64,000 nt of DNA. Source: a virus. Lineage: Duplodnaviria > Caudoviricetes. The DNA is taken from IMG/VR virus record IMGVR_UViG_3300024268_000035, positions 1-64,000 of that record, one strand, 5' to 3'. Under the pieces are notes generated by a model, which saw only the letters and a program-made list of their open reading frames with translations, ran no database searches and was not told where the DNA came from. Positions 1-9,470 of this stretch are shown here, in pieces (within the stretch, counting starts at the first letter, position 1; each line of letters starts with the position of its first letter). The position numbers were made by a program, and so were the translations under genes.

Positions 1-511
1 TATATCCGTCACGGACAGCCAAAGTGAAAACAGGGTGGATGATAGTATGGATGATTTCCATACTGTTGGGTTTGAATCCTTTTTTCATGATGAGGCTGTT
101 ATAAAACGCCTTGACATCGGAGTATTTGATGCTCGAAATCTTCTTTGTACCTAAGTCATTCTGAATATATTTCCGGTACATATAGAGGTAATTTGCGCGG
201 GTAGATTCTTTCAGCTCCGGTTTGTCTGCCATGTAAAGCTCGAACAGGTCGTTGAGAGTAGCTTTGTTTTCAACGGGAGCTTTGATTCCGTCTTCGAGGT
301 CGCGGATGATTTTGCGCTCTTTTTCTCTAAGGCACAAATCTTCTTTGCAGCCCGGAGGGAGCTTGTCGGTTGGAACAAGACGTTTGCTATAAACATCGTG
401 CCGATTGCCTTCTGCATCCGTGTAAGTAAAACGATATGTTCCGTCTGGTCTTTGGGTTTCACCGTCTTTGAGGATTCGTCCTCTATTGTCGGTGCGTTTG
501 GTACTTGCCAT
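1..511 (-). CDS. int: Tyrosine integrase, Tn916/Tn1545-like, N-terminal part (runs off the window)
   Basis: Manual translation from ATG at 511: MASTKRTDNRGRILKDGETQRPDGTYRFTYTD...LREKERKIIRDLEDGI...LKESTRANY..., typical arm-binding plus core-binding domains. Confidence 0.85.
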   Translation of the reverse strand, partial: MASTKRTDNRGRILKDGETQRPDGTYRFTYTDAEGNRHDVYSKRLVPTDKLPPGCKEDLCLREKERKIIRDLEDGIKAPVENKATLNDLFELYMADKPELKESTRANYLYMYRKYIQNDLGTKKISSIKYSDVKAFYNSLIMKKGFKPNSMEIIHTIIHPVFTLAVRDGY

Positions 512-581
512 ATGAGACTCCTTTCAAGTTTTCTGAAGTACAAAGAGCGTAGGTAGAAATCCCACGCTCTATTTATTCCTT

Positions 582-618
582 CTTTACAACTAACTGTTTT
601 TAAGGATGGAAATTAACC
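582..618 (-). promoter_or_regulatory. Bipartite repeated motif GGTTAATT-N15-AGTTAGTTGTAA upstream of the integrase
   Basis: One of 10 copies with an invariant 15-nt spacer, all upstream of minus-strand starts. Confidence 0.7.
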
Positions 619-635
619 GATTTTGAAAAATATTT

Positions 636-878
636 TTATTTTTTCGATTTTTGTATCAGTTGTCTCCACGCTATTGCTGCATTACGTTTAGCTTCATCAA
701 TAGGTATTTCCATTGCATAATGATATCCGCCCGTATTATGTGTTTGTAAACCGCAACGGGAGCATTCAATCCAACAATCTGTGTAATTAGAATCGGGAAT
801 GACTAACTTCGGTTCCGATCCACATATGCAATTTGGTATATCTATTGATTCGTTAATATTCCGAATGGTTATTCTCAT
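636..878 (-). CDS. Lar-like restriction-alleviation zinc-finger protein
   Basis: CxCG...IECSRCG...AAIAWR pattern. Confidence 0.6.
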   Translation of the reverse strand: MRITIRNINESIDIPNCICGSEPKLVIPDSNYTDCWIECSRCGLQTHNTGGYHYAMEIPIDEAKRNAAIAWRQLIQKSKK

Positions 879-888
879 AATATTCCTT

Positions 889-1779
889 TTATTTCAATAC
901 CATTCTGCCCATTGTAGTACCGCAGTTGGAGCAATAACGGGGAAGATGAGAACCGTAACGCATTCTGTTACAGATGCTGCATTTATACGCTTTTCCGGTT
1001 GCAAGATCTGAGGATGGAACCGGGATCCATTCGCCGGAGCAAAAAGTTCTGGGTGAAAGTTTTCTGATCCGTTCGATTGCTTCAGACGGAGTGTGACCAT
1101 CCCACTTGGGTGCGCGGTCAAGTTCTTTTACATTGAACATATCCCAATACGGATCAATGTCATAGTGGTAAGTAGCCTGTCCATAAGGTGTATCAACGCC
1201 AACGATGAACATCCCATCGAACATAGTTCCTGTATCATGAAGCTTGGATTTCCATGCTATATCCGGATTGGAATTGCAGATGACAGAGAACAGAATGGCT
1301 CTGTGGTGATACAGTTCGTTGAAAGTATGATACCCATCGGATGTTTCGCCAGTAATGTGTTCACAACGAATTTCGTCACGGATTTTCATAAGGATTTTTC
1401 CGAGACGGTTTTCTCCCTCTCCATTACATACACCCCAGACTTTATCACCCCATGTATTTCCTTCGATCAGTTCGGAATCGCCTGTATCAATAAGTAATTT
1501 TGTAAGTTCTGGATTCTGTGTGAATTTAGCTTTGCACACTTCATACATGATAGAGTCTTTTACGGTTTCCCAGTCCGTTCTGAGCTGAATGTGCCGACCA
1601 AGGTGTTTCGCTTCGGAAGGTGAGAGAGGACAGAATTCAGCCATTCTTGCAGGACATTTTGCAGAATGGAATGCTGCTTCGCTGTTTTGGAATGTATATC
1701 CCACATATGTAATCGGAGCGGGGAAGAAATTGCTCAGGAAGTAATACTCACCTGAAAATTCTGTAATTGTATTCATCAT
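889..1779 (-). CDS. NADAR (YbiA-like) domain protein fused to a phage domain and C-terminal zinc ribbon
   Basis: FLSNF..., SEAAFHSAK, KFTQNPEL...LIDTG, LIEGNTWGDKVWG, GENRLGKILMKIR; C-terminal CSIC/CSNC. Confidence 0.85.
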   Translation of the reverse strand: MMNTITEFSGEYYFLSNFFPAPITYVGYTFQNSEAAFHSAKCPARMAEFCPLSPSEAKHLGRHIQLRTDWETVKDSIMYEVCKAKFTQNPELTKLLIDTGDSELIEGNTWGDKVWGVCNGEGENRLGKILMKIRDEIRCEHITGETSDGYHTFNELYHHRAILFSVICNSNPDIAWKSKLHDTGTMFDGMFIVGVDTPYGQATYHYDIDPYWDMFNVKELDRAPKWDGHTPSEAIERIRKLSPRTFCSGEWIPVPSSDLATGKAYKCSICNRMRYGSHLPRYCSNCGTTMGRMVLK

Positions 1780-2279
1780 TTTTCTCCTTCGATTTTCATA
1801 ACGATTGGAAGTAATACTGTTGTGCGTTCGTGGAGCCACCGCTTGTCCGGCGGAGCATATTTTGTTCCATCCATGTCATATTCTGACAATAAAATAAAGT
1901 TTCCAACTTTGTAATGTATTGTGTCTCCATTTTTCGGAGCAGAATTTCGGATATCATAAGTAGATCCGCTAATTACAGTCATAGCGCATTTTTCTATACA
2001 CTCATGGACGAATAATAACGTCCCATCGTGAATTGAAGTTTTTGATGTGAAGTATGTGAAATCAGCTTCAGGATCGAATTCGATTTCGATATTTAATGAA
2101 ACAGTATTCTTCTGTTCATCTAAACCAGTTACCATGAGCCTTCTTGCTCCACGAAGAAAGCGGTCAAATATTGGTGCGGCAGTTATTTCTTGAGCATTAT
2201 CCCAACTACGATCTGCAAAAGATGACCGGGTTGGATCTGCAGCTATATGTTTGCAAAAATTAAATGAATTACTCATCAT
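1776..2279 (-). CDS. Hypothetical protein
   Basis: Long ORF tightly packed with neighbours; start chosen at MMSNSF. Confidence 0.5.
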   Translation of the reverse strand: MMSNSFNFCKHIAADPTRSSFADRSWDNAQEITAAPIFDRFLRGARRLMVTGLDEQKNTVSLNIEIEFDPEADFTYFTSKTSIHDGTLLFVHECIEKCAMTVISGSTYDIRNSAPKNGDTIHYKVGNFILLSEYDMDGTKYAPPDKRWLHERTTVLLPIVMKIEGEK

Positions 2280-2493
2280 CAGATCTCCTTGTTCGATGAA
2301 CTGTACTGCTTGCTGTACGACCTTTAACTTTCTTTTCGCCAAACGCTTTAAGGAAAGATCGATTTGGTTTACAGTTATTGCAGTTATTCTTTTGTTTGCA
2401 GAACCAACAGCCATCTTGCCCAAGCCAATACCAATATGGCATTGCCGGACGTGCTTTTCTCTTTGCTTTACCCATAATTATTCGTCCTTCCAA
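2269..2493 (-). CDS. Small basic Cys-rich protein
   Basis: CWFC..CNNC motif; fills the gap between genes. Confidence 0.5.
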   Translation of the reverse strand: MEGRIIMGKAKRKARPAMPYWYWLGQDGCWFCKQKNNCNNCKPNRSFLKAFGEKKVKGRTASSTVHRTRRSDDE

Positions 2494-3251
2494 TAGCAGT
2501 ACAAACAGTTGTGCGGACAGCGGCGTTTGTGTTCAAGTAGCTCAACTTTACCGGCATAACATAAGCAGTTTTTTCTCTGATAACCTACAGAATCATTCTC
2601 TGTATCATCTTCCAGTCCAAGAAGGTTCAGATCATAACTTGAAATACAACCGCACATGATTGGTTCTTTCAGTTTGGGTTCGGCACAGGATTCGATTCGC
2701 AGAGGATCACTTCCGTCAACACATCTCCAAAATATCTTTGCCTTATAAAGCATTTCATCCACAGAGCGCATTTGAGAATCATTTGCAGAAAAGCTATCAG
2801 GAGCATACGGAAGTTTAATATTGTGTTTTGCAAATCGTTCCCTTACATGGGGATACATATCCAACACGCTGATTCTGTATCTTGAGAATCCCATTTTCAT
2901 GTAGAGCTGCATTGTCTGATATGCGGTATGGATTCCTTTAGGAGTCGGTACTATTGGATCTATGCGAATGACGATTTTCTCCTGTGGGAAACCATCTTTG
3001 ATTAAAGACATGATTGCAATAAATTCATCGCGGGGCGTTGGCACATTCGGCTCTATGACGGTTCCTCCAAAGCCTGTGACTGTAGCATGAAGGATGATTT
3101 TGTCCTGATGTTTCAGGACTTCGGAGATGAAGTCTGGCATTATGTTTTTAGTAATAAGAACTGCGCCATCGACTGAATTAAGTTTATCTACCCAAGACAA
3201 GTCGATTCCTGCATCTCCGGCTTCAGTTATTCCAATTTTGTACTTTGGCAT
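2478..3251 (-). CDS. DUF1848/spore-photoproduct-lyase-like protein with C-terminal CxxxCxYC
   Basis: ITK, IRIDPI, ESCAE, CLC, CPHNCLYCYW. Confidence 0.65.
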   Translation of the reverse strand: MPKYKIGITEAGDAGIDLSWVDKLNSVDGAVLITKNIMPDFISEVLKHQDKIILHATVTGFGGTVIEPNVPTPRDEFIAIMSLIKDGFPQEKIVIRIDPIVPTPKGIHTAYQTMQLYMKMGFSRYRISVLDMYPHVRERFAKHNIKLPYAPDSFSANDSQMRSVDEMLYKAKIFWRCVDGSDPLRIESCAEPKLKEPIMCGCISSYDLNLLGLEDDTENDSVGYQRKNCLCYAGKVELLEHKRRCPHNCLYCYWKDE

Positions 3252-3274
3252 CAGTTTATACCTCTGAAATAATA

Positions 3275-3676
3275 TTATATATAGTTTATTTTGCCATCCA
3301 TAATTGAACCGCAAGATGGACAGTACGGCGAATCGATATAATAAAATCCCCAGTTATTTTTGGATACTCTTAACTGTCCAAAAGTCTTACAAATGCTGCA
3401 AATTCCACTTGCTTTGTCTTGATTTTGCGAGACAGAATGCCAATGTCCGTGCCTGAGGTTTCTCTTTTCTTCTAACTCATTCTCTTGTCTTATGATTCTT
3501 TTGCTCATATCTTCAATTGCATCCGCAGCAAGCAAATCCATTAAACAGGAGTCAAATTCATTGCAGTCTTTATCATATGGGCATCCGCCGCAATGCTCTT
3601 TATTTCTTAACTGTTTAATTAGTTTTTCGTGCATGGTTATCACCGTATATTTTGTGTAAATATGTGATAAGGGCAT
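3275..3676 (-). CDS. Phage zinc-finger protein
   Basis: CGGCPY, CSIC, YCPSCG motifs. Confidence 0.5.
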   Translation of the reverse strand: MPLSHIYTKYTVITMHEKLIKQLRNKEHCGGCPYDKDCNEFDSCLMDLLAADAIEDMSKRIIRQENELEEKRNLRHGHWHSVSQNQDKASGICSICKTFGQLRVSKNNWGFYYIDSPYCPSCGSIMDGKINYI

Positions 3677-4613
3677 TTCCGCAAGTTATCCGGTCATTAT
3701 CCTCTTCTTCGCTTGGAACAAACACAATTACATCCCATCCAGCTTCGACAAGTGGTTGTTCAAACTTTCGATATACATTGAAATCGGAATATTCTGTCGT
3801 AATATTAAAACCATTCTTTACAGCAGAGTTTGTTTTATGGATTGGTGTGATCTTAACAATAAACTTCTCTTTGTCAAATAAAGCAGAAAGCACATTTGCA
3901 TCGAGAATTGATTCCGCAGTAACCGCAAAATTTAACGTGTATTTCCTACCGATAGGTGGCGGAAGTTCTTCTGCGATTTTTGAAATCTCTTTAAGCGGAA
4001 GGCTTCGTCCGGCAAATTGTACAGATCTTTGTATGTCATCTGTTGAATTGATACTGAATTGCAAACCAGCTTCACCACCGTATACTTCATTTTTGATTTT
4101 ACACCATCTTTTAAGATAGTCTTCAAGTAACCAGTTATGAATTGGCAGCATTGTGGATACAACGGGGTGAATGGTGTCAGCTTTCATAAAACGGGATACA
4201 CAGTGTTTTAAGTCAAATTCAGTAAAATTAAGGACTTCAGTATTGAAGGTTGGTTCACCCATACGAGCGTAATGCACGTTGAAACGCTTGGTGTGTTTGA
4301 TCTGCTCATTGCTCAGAATGGTTTCTAACATATAAGCAAGTTCGTAACGACTTACATCGCCATGATAACCATATTTTGGACAATCACAGAATTGGCAGTG
4401 CATGGGACATCCTTTTTGGGTGCTGATGGTGGCAACCCATTTTTCTGTAAGATCAACACTGCGATGTTGTACACCATTTATTTCTTTGTGTAAACCAAGG
4501 AAATCGGCTTTAATATTGTTTTCTTTACCGTAATCACCTACGGTCAAAAATTCGAGTTTACGTTCGCGGTCTACATAAATTTTCCCGGTATGTGTATATA
4601 TTATATCAATCAT
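3615..4613 (-). CDS. Radical SAM enzyme, RlmN/Cfr-like
   Basis: STQKGCPMHCQFC, MGEP, QFSINST, C-terminal ITCG. Confidence 0.75.
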   Translation of the reverse strand: MIDIIYTHTGKIYVDRERKLEFLTVGDYGKENNIKADFLGLHKEINGVQHRSVDLTEKWVATISTQKGCPMHCQFCDCPKYGYHGDVSRYELAYMLETILSNEQIKHTKRFNVHYARMGEPTFNTEVLNFTEFDLKHCVSRFMKADTIHPVVSTMLPIHNWLLEDYLKRWCKIKNEVYGGEAGLQFSINSTDDIQRSVQFAGRSLPLKEISKIAEELPPPIGRKYTLNFAVTAESILDANVLSALFDKEKFIVKITPIHKTNSAVKNGFNITTEYSDFNVYRKFEQPLVEAGWDVIVFVPSEEEDNDRITCGNALITYLHKIYGDNHARKTN

Positions 4614-5121
4614 TATTTCCTCCAATATATGTATCAATTTGACTTTTCAACAGGAACATAAATGTATAGAATTGATAGTGGTTATTGACACCGGCAATAA
4701 ATGTACGATTATTGTCTGTGCTGTATGGGGTTTTGATGATGTACTCATCAGGAAATCCCTGATAAAAGAAGTTATCTGTATTGAGTAATTCAATCGGAAT
4801 ATTTACGGGAATATTGCCGATAACGGCAATTTCGTAATCATAAAAATTATATCGGAAGATTATCTTCACGCTATGATACTCAATTTTCAAAACAGGGTGT
4901 ACGATGCTTTTACTTGTGTGTTCGCCGACTATTTCTGTGTATGAGTCCATGCTTTTGCATTTATCTTCCCAAGATATATTCTTTGTATGGTCTAAGAAAA
5001 GCGGAATGATATGATCTCTCCAGAACACATATGTGTCCCAGAACCCTTTCTTATATAGCATTTCATCTTTAGGCTGATGATCGAGCAGCCAATATTGAAA
5101 AATTGTATCGTCCACACTCAT
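4606..5121 (-). CDS. Hypothetical protein
   Basis: ORF overlapping both neighbours in operon fashion. Confidence 0.5.
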   Translation of the reverse strand: MSVDDTIFQYWLLDHQPKDEMLYKKGFWDTYVFWRDHIIPLFLDHTKNISWEDKCKSMDSYTEIVGEHTSKSIVHPVLKIEYHSVKIIFRYNFYDYEIAVIGNIPVNIPIELLNTDNFFYQGFPDEYIIKTPYSTDNNRTFIAGVNNHYQFYTFMFLLKSQIDTYIGGNND

Positions 5122-5387
5122 TCTCCAACAACAATATAGACTTTCTTTTTGCCCCACTTGACCCATAAGCAATCCGGCTTATCCAGTGTTACTACAAGAT
5201 CTGGACGATTTCTACGAACCTCACTGATAGACGGGACAATCCCGGCATCTTTAAGGATTGCCGGGAGATATCTCGTTTCAGTGAACATGGTTTGCGTTTT
5301 TTCTACGGTCAGCCAATCTTCCATGTTATATGCCAGAAAATGTTCCGGACTCAGAAGCGGCTTTCCGATAACTACGTTCATTATCAT
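5118..5387 (-). CDS. Stand-alone S4-like RNA-binding domain (TyrRS C-terminus-like)
   Basis: LKDAGIVPSISEVRR...WGKKK. Confidence 0.5.
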   Translation of the reverse strand: MIMNVVIGKPLLSPEHFLAYNMEDWLTVEKTQTMFTETRYLPAILKDAGIVPSISEVRRNRPDLVVTLDKPDCLWVKWGKKKVYIVVGE

Positions 5388-5815
5388 AATGTTTACTCCC
5401 ACGAAGTTTCCCATTCCAGATACGCATATCCGAGATAACAGCGGAAACAAGGCATTTGCAGACATTCCTCGTAATCATGCTCTTTCCCGCAATACCGTTC
5501 ACAATGCCCGCACATTTCTTTGAGTATCTTCTGATCTTTAAGATATGGTTTTATATGATTGTAGGATTCTTCGATTTTTCTTTCAAATTTCTTTTCATCC
5601 ATTTCAGCTTCTGTTTTCTTCTTCTGCTTCATAATGCTTTACGATGAGCTTATAAGCTTTCCGCTGGGTATCCAGATCGTCCTGTGTCACATCATCGATC
5701 TGTGCAAGCTGCTTTTTGAGCAGACGATATTGACGGCAGAGCTGGATATGGTTTTGTGTAACACGAATTATCTGAGTTACTACCAGAACTGTTACCATAA
5801 TTGTAAGATAGATAT

Positions 5816-6163
5816 TCATTCGATTGTACCTTCAATCCTGCAGTATTTACCTGATTCATATACAGGCTTCATAGATTCTTTTGCCATATCTTCAAAAAAG
5901 AGTTGATTGGGGTTATGGATGACATATGCTAACCTATTTCCGAAGAAAACGCTATAAAAGCCTTCTTCATAATCTTCAACGATAGTAGTATACGCATTTG
6001 TTATTGCTTGTCCACCAATTCCTCTAAAACCAAGAGCTGTACTGCCCCAAGTTTGCATAAACATTTTCATGGTTGCATCGTGATATGTATACTCTTTGTT
6101 AATGGCACGAACAGCATTTATATGTCGTTCTTGAATGAGAGGTAAACATGGTAATTCTGCCAT
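5816..6163 (-). CDS. Hypothetical phage protein
   Basis: ORF with AAGGAG RBS; QTWGSTALGF..GGQAIT motif. Confidence 0.5.
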   Translation of the reverse strand: MAELPCLPLIQERHINAVRAINKEYTYHDATMKMFMQTWGSTALGFRGIGGQAITNAYTTIVEDYEEGFYSVFFGNRLAYVIHNPNQLFFEDMAKESMKPVYESGKYCRIEGTIE

Positions 6164-6184
6164 AAATGATCTCCTTGAGTATTA

Positions 6185-7295
6185 TTAGTTGTTATCGTCA
6201 AGCAAGTGTTTCCATCTAAATTTCTTGTCACCGGCTATTATTTTGCCATCATCTTCAGCTTGAAATCGTTTATCATAATCGTGTACGGTATGACCATCAG
6301 ATTTGAATGTGGTAGGACTGTCAAGATCCCACTTCAAGAGTATCTGCCAGAGTTCCGGATAATTCTTGCGGAGCAGTCGAAGCTGATCTACGCCTTGATT
6401 ATGACAAAACCAACATCCGCCTCTTGTTGCGGTTGTGTAAATGGGTGAAAGAAGGTCGTTTTCTTCGCACCACTGTCTGCAAAATGCTTCATCCCATCCG
6501 ATATCAACAAGTGGAAGAATTTTTCCGGGGATACTATGTCGTTTGATACGTTCAGGTTCGTCGGCTGCAATGCCAAGATACTGTACAATATTTATTTTTG
6601 CCCCTTGTACAATGGGGCTATTGGAAAACTCGCTGTTTGAGATGTGTACACCAATTCCCTCTCCCGACTGAGATTGGAAACCCGTAGACATCTTGCTTTG
6701 AGGTCGCTGTTGCACCAATTTCCCCTGATGATTGGGAATCCGAGGATCGAATTGGAGTGCTGGTCGTTTGAGTCCCGAATTGCACCACGGGACTCCTTGA
6801 ACTGGGAATCCATTCGGAGCGTTCTCGCTGAATCGCCCCCCCCCGCAATGGCTTTGCTCTTTCGTCTCTTGGGAATATGATAGAATATCTTTTCGTAAGT
6901 CAGCTTCTCGTAATAATTCTGACATTGCCCAGAGCTTGAGCTTTTTGCACCATGCTCCTTTGGTGAGAGGGAAGCCTTTGAGAGTTCCAATGAATCGTCC
7001 TCGTTCAAGTGGTTTATAGAAGAGTGATTCGTAGGATATCTTTGACTGCCCCCCCCCTCATGGCGCAAATATGTTCCACTTGAATTCCATAGCGTTCAAG
7101 TATGATCTTATCTGCTTTCTCCTTAAACTCTACCATGGGCGGCAAGTCTGCTGAAATTGTATCGGTTGCCCACACCTCAGCATGAACAATTCTGTCGAGA
7201 GGGTATCCAAGAAGTCGGATCGCTTCAAGACAGGCGAGACTATCCTTACCATACGAGAGTGAAAGAATATATTCGGTGTTGGGTTGTCTTTCCAT
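6185..7295 (-). CDS. PAPS-reductase/DndC-like protein, frame-broken at G9 tracts, with alternative internal cassettes
   Basis: N-terminal SLSYGKDS PP-loop; C-terminal YLGIAADE..R, PL, RGGCWFC; G9 tracts at 7049-7057 and 6836-6844. Confidence 0.8.
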
Positions 7296-7344
7296 TTTGT
7301 TTCTTCCTTTGGTATAAGTGTGGAAGACTGTCTCCCGCGTATAG

Positions 7345-7548
7345 TCAGTATGAGATCTGGTTAATGTATTCTTTTACCTTTTCTACGTTCCAAAGAACAC
7401 GTCTACCGATCTGTACACGAGCTTCCGCAGATTCCCCAATATGTATTGCGCTATCTCTGCCGCAACTAAGTAAGAATTGTAGTTCTTCTGTTGTAACCGC
7501 AATCTTGAATGGAATCTGAATATCGCTTGATTTTTTTGTTGTTTTCAT
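7345..7548 (-). CDS. Excisionase-like small HTH protein
   Basis: LSCGRDSA...ARVQIGRRVLWNVEKVKEY, a MerR/Xis-like pattern. Confidence 0.55.
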   Translation of the reverse strand: MKTTKKSSDIQIPFKIAVTTEELQFLLSCGRDSAIHIGESAEARVQIGRRVLWNVEKVKEYINQISY

Positions 7549-7572
7549 ACGGAAAACAGCCTCCTAAAATTT

Positions 7573-7890
7573 TTATGTACGATCCTCTGGACAGTTACCG
7601 TCAAATACCTGCAACGGAATCGGAGAGATTATCATAGGTGTAAGGACACACCTTCTGACTTCGTGCCACTTATCAATCCATGTTAAATCTTCCTGAACAG
7701 CAATGAAATGCGCTTTACGTCCTTTTACATTTTCGTGTAACCCTCTTACGCACAGGATCGTCATATAATCATTAGCATAAATTTTCTCATGTCGCAAATT
7801 TTTTAGCGGTTTTTCTGGTATGTCATAAAAGCGTTTAAGATATCTTTCAAGAGCGATTTCATCTTTGTAAAGTATCAAGATTTTGAACAC
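7573..7890 (-). CDS. Hypothetical protein
   Basis: GGAGG RBS before a GTG start. Confidence 0.5.
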   Translation of the reverse strand: MFKILILYKDEIALERYLKRFYDIPEKPLKNLRHEKIYANDYMTILCVRGLHENVKGRKAHFIAVQEDLTWIDKWHEVRRCVLTPMIISPIPLQVFDGNCPEDRT

Positions 7891-8048
7891 GTAATACCTC
7901 CTATGTGAATGAGTTGATTAGCTAAGTCCTATAAATTATTTACTGGATTCCAGTGAAAAATCCAAGAGAAATAGCATTTTATAGCGTTAGGTAAACAAGA
8001 ATACCTATAAGAATAACATCCGTGAAATTAGTGGAAATTCACTGTAAA

Positions 8049-8714
8049 TCAAACAGATTCATCTTCCTTAGCTTTTGGCTCGTAGAAACACTCGCTGCTG
8101 CCATCCTGCTGGATTACCAACGCACACAGATTTCCGTCATAAACACAAGCTGAGTCAATGCAGATATCACCTGTATTAACAATGTATGCACGTTTGTTTC
8201 TGCTGGGCGTATGTCCGAAAACAACTTGTTTTTCTCTGGGTTCTGTTTCAGTTGTTATCCAATTTCTTCCCCAGATAAGATCGTGATCTGTATTGTCTTT
8301 CAGCATTGGGTGGGAAAGACCGGCATGACAGAAAATAATTTGCGGTGTCTCATATACAAGCGGAAGGGATTTGAACCATGCGACAGCACTTGACATACTT
8401 GCGTCATTCTTTTCAAAACTGTATGATGTAGCCATCCCGCCATTGTAATACCACAAATTGTGATTTCCGCTTTCGTGTGCATCAATCGCCATTTGTTCGT
8501 GATTCCCACGCAGACAAATCACTTTATTTTCACCAGCCTGAGTGCGGAGTTTACGTAAAGTTGAAACCACTTCATAACTGTGAAAACCACGATCAATATA
8601 GTCTCCGACAAATACCAGTGTATCTGTTGCACTGGTATACGATATCCTGTTCATAAGATTCAACAGTGTGTGATAGCAGCCGTGGATATCGCCTATTGCA
8701 ATTACTCTTTCCAT
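8049..8714 (-). CDS. Calcineurin-like metallophosphoesterase (Ser/Thr phosphatase family)
   Basis: GDIHG, GDYIDRG, RGNHE, HAG, FGHTP. Confidence 0.92.
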   Translation of the reverse strand: MERVIAIGDIHGCYHTLLNLMNRISYTSATDTLVFVGDYIDRGFHSYEVVSTLRKLRTQAGENKVICLRGNHEQMAIDAHESGNHNLWYYNGGMATSYSFEKNDASMSSAVAWFKSLPLVYETPQIIFCHAGLSHPMLKDNTDHDLIWGRNWITTETEPREKQVVFGHTPSRNKRAYIVNTGDICIDSACVYDGNLCALVIQQDGSSECFYEPKAKEDESV

Positions 8715-8715
8715 A

Positions 8716-8991
8716 TTATGTAATTACCTCCTTTACCGTATTATCTGTGTTGAACACTATACGATCTGTATAGAAGAACTCGGTGTGGCTGCCTACATCA
8801 AACTTTGTCATTGGCTTATTATCCTGTTCTGTATTCCAGATGCGAATATAATATATCTTGAAGTTGCGTTCATTACAGAATCGATGAATATGCCGAATTG
8901 CTTCGGCTCTCGCTTTGGATGCTGTAAGATCATCGCTGATTTGCGCTATTTCACGCATAACGCCTTGACTATTTTTGAAATAAAGATTCAT
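8716..8991 (-). CDS. Hypothetical protein
   Basis: Operonic ORF with a DVGSHTEFF motif. Confidence 0.5.
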   Translation of the reverse strand: MNLYFKNSQGVMREIAQISDDLTASKARAEAIRHIHRFCNERNFKIYYIRIWNTEQDNKPMTKFDVGSHTEFFYTDRIVFNTDNTVKEVIT

Positions 8992-9470
8992 GTGATATTA
9001 CCACCGTGTTCCGGGAGTTTATATATTGTTACGTCCATGTGTCGGAAAGCCATTTCGATCATCTTATATACAAGATCCCAATTCCCATTTGCAAGCCCAC
9101 ATCCGAAATTATAGGGAAAAGCTAACGACTGACCCGGATGTTCATTACGAATTGTACTGAATGCTCTTGCGAGAGCTGGGTAATCCGTATATCGTTTGTT
9201 TTTGTTTCGTCCGTATTCGAGCTGACCGAATATGTTTGCTACACATTGATCTGGCTTGATTCTTACGATTTGCACTTTGCCAAGAAGTTTGTCCGGAGAA
9301 TCAAACTGGTTGCAGAACTTGTGGTATGAGCTTTTTACGATAGGGTATCTTGTGTAGATAGCCTTAGCGACTCCGGATCCCATTGCGTTTTGACAATTTA
9401 CCTGTTGGCAGATAATATCTTCTGTCGCGTGAAGAATATTGTCATTGATAATTTTAATCATATTGAACAC
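8988..9470 (-). CDS. Macrodomain protein (ADP-ribose hydrolase, DarG/TARG1-like)
   Basis: QQVNCQNAMGSGVAKAI, FPYNFGCGLANGNW. Confidence 0.88.
   Translation of the reverse strand: MFNMIKIINDNILHATEDIICQQVNCQNAMGSGVAKAIYTRYPIVKSSYHKFCNQFDSPDKLLGKVQIVRIKPDQCVANIFGQLEYGRNKNKRYTDYPALARAFSTIRNEHPGQSLAFPYNFGCGLANGNWDLVYKMIEMAFRHMDVTIYKLPEHGGNIT

Noticed and set aside
211-543. 110-aa minus-strand ORF from the ORF track
   Set aside because: Alternative frame overlapping the integrase, which starts at 511
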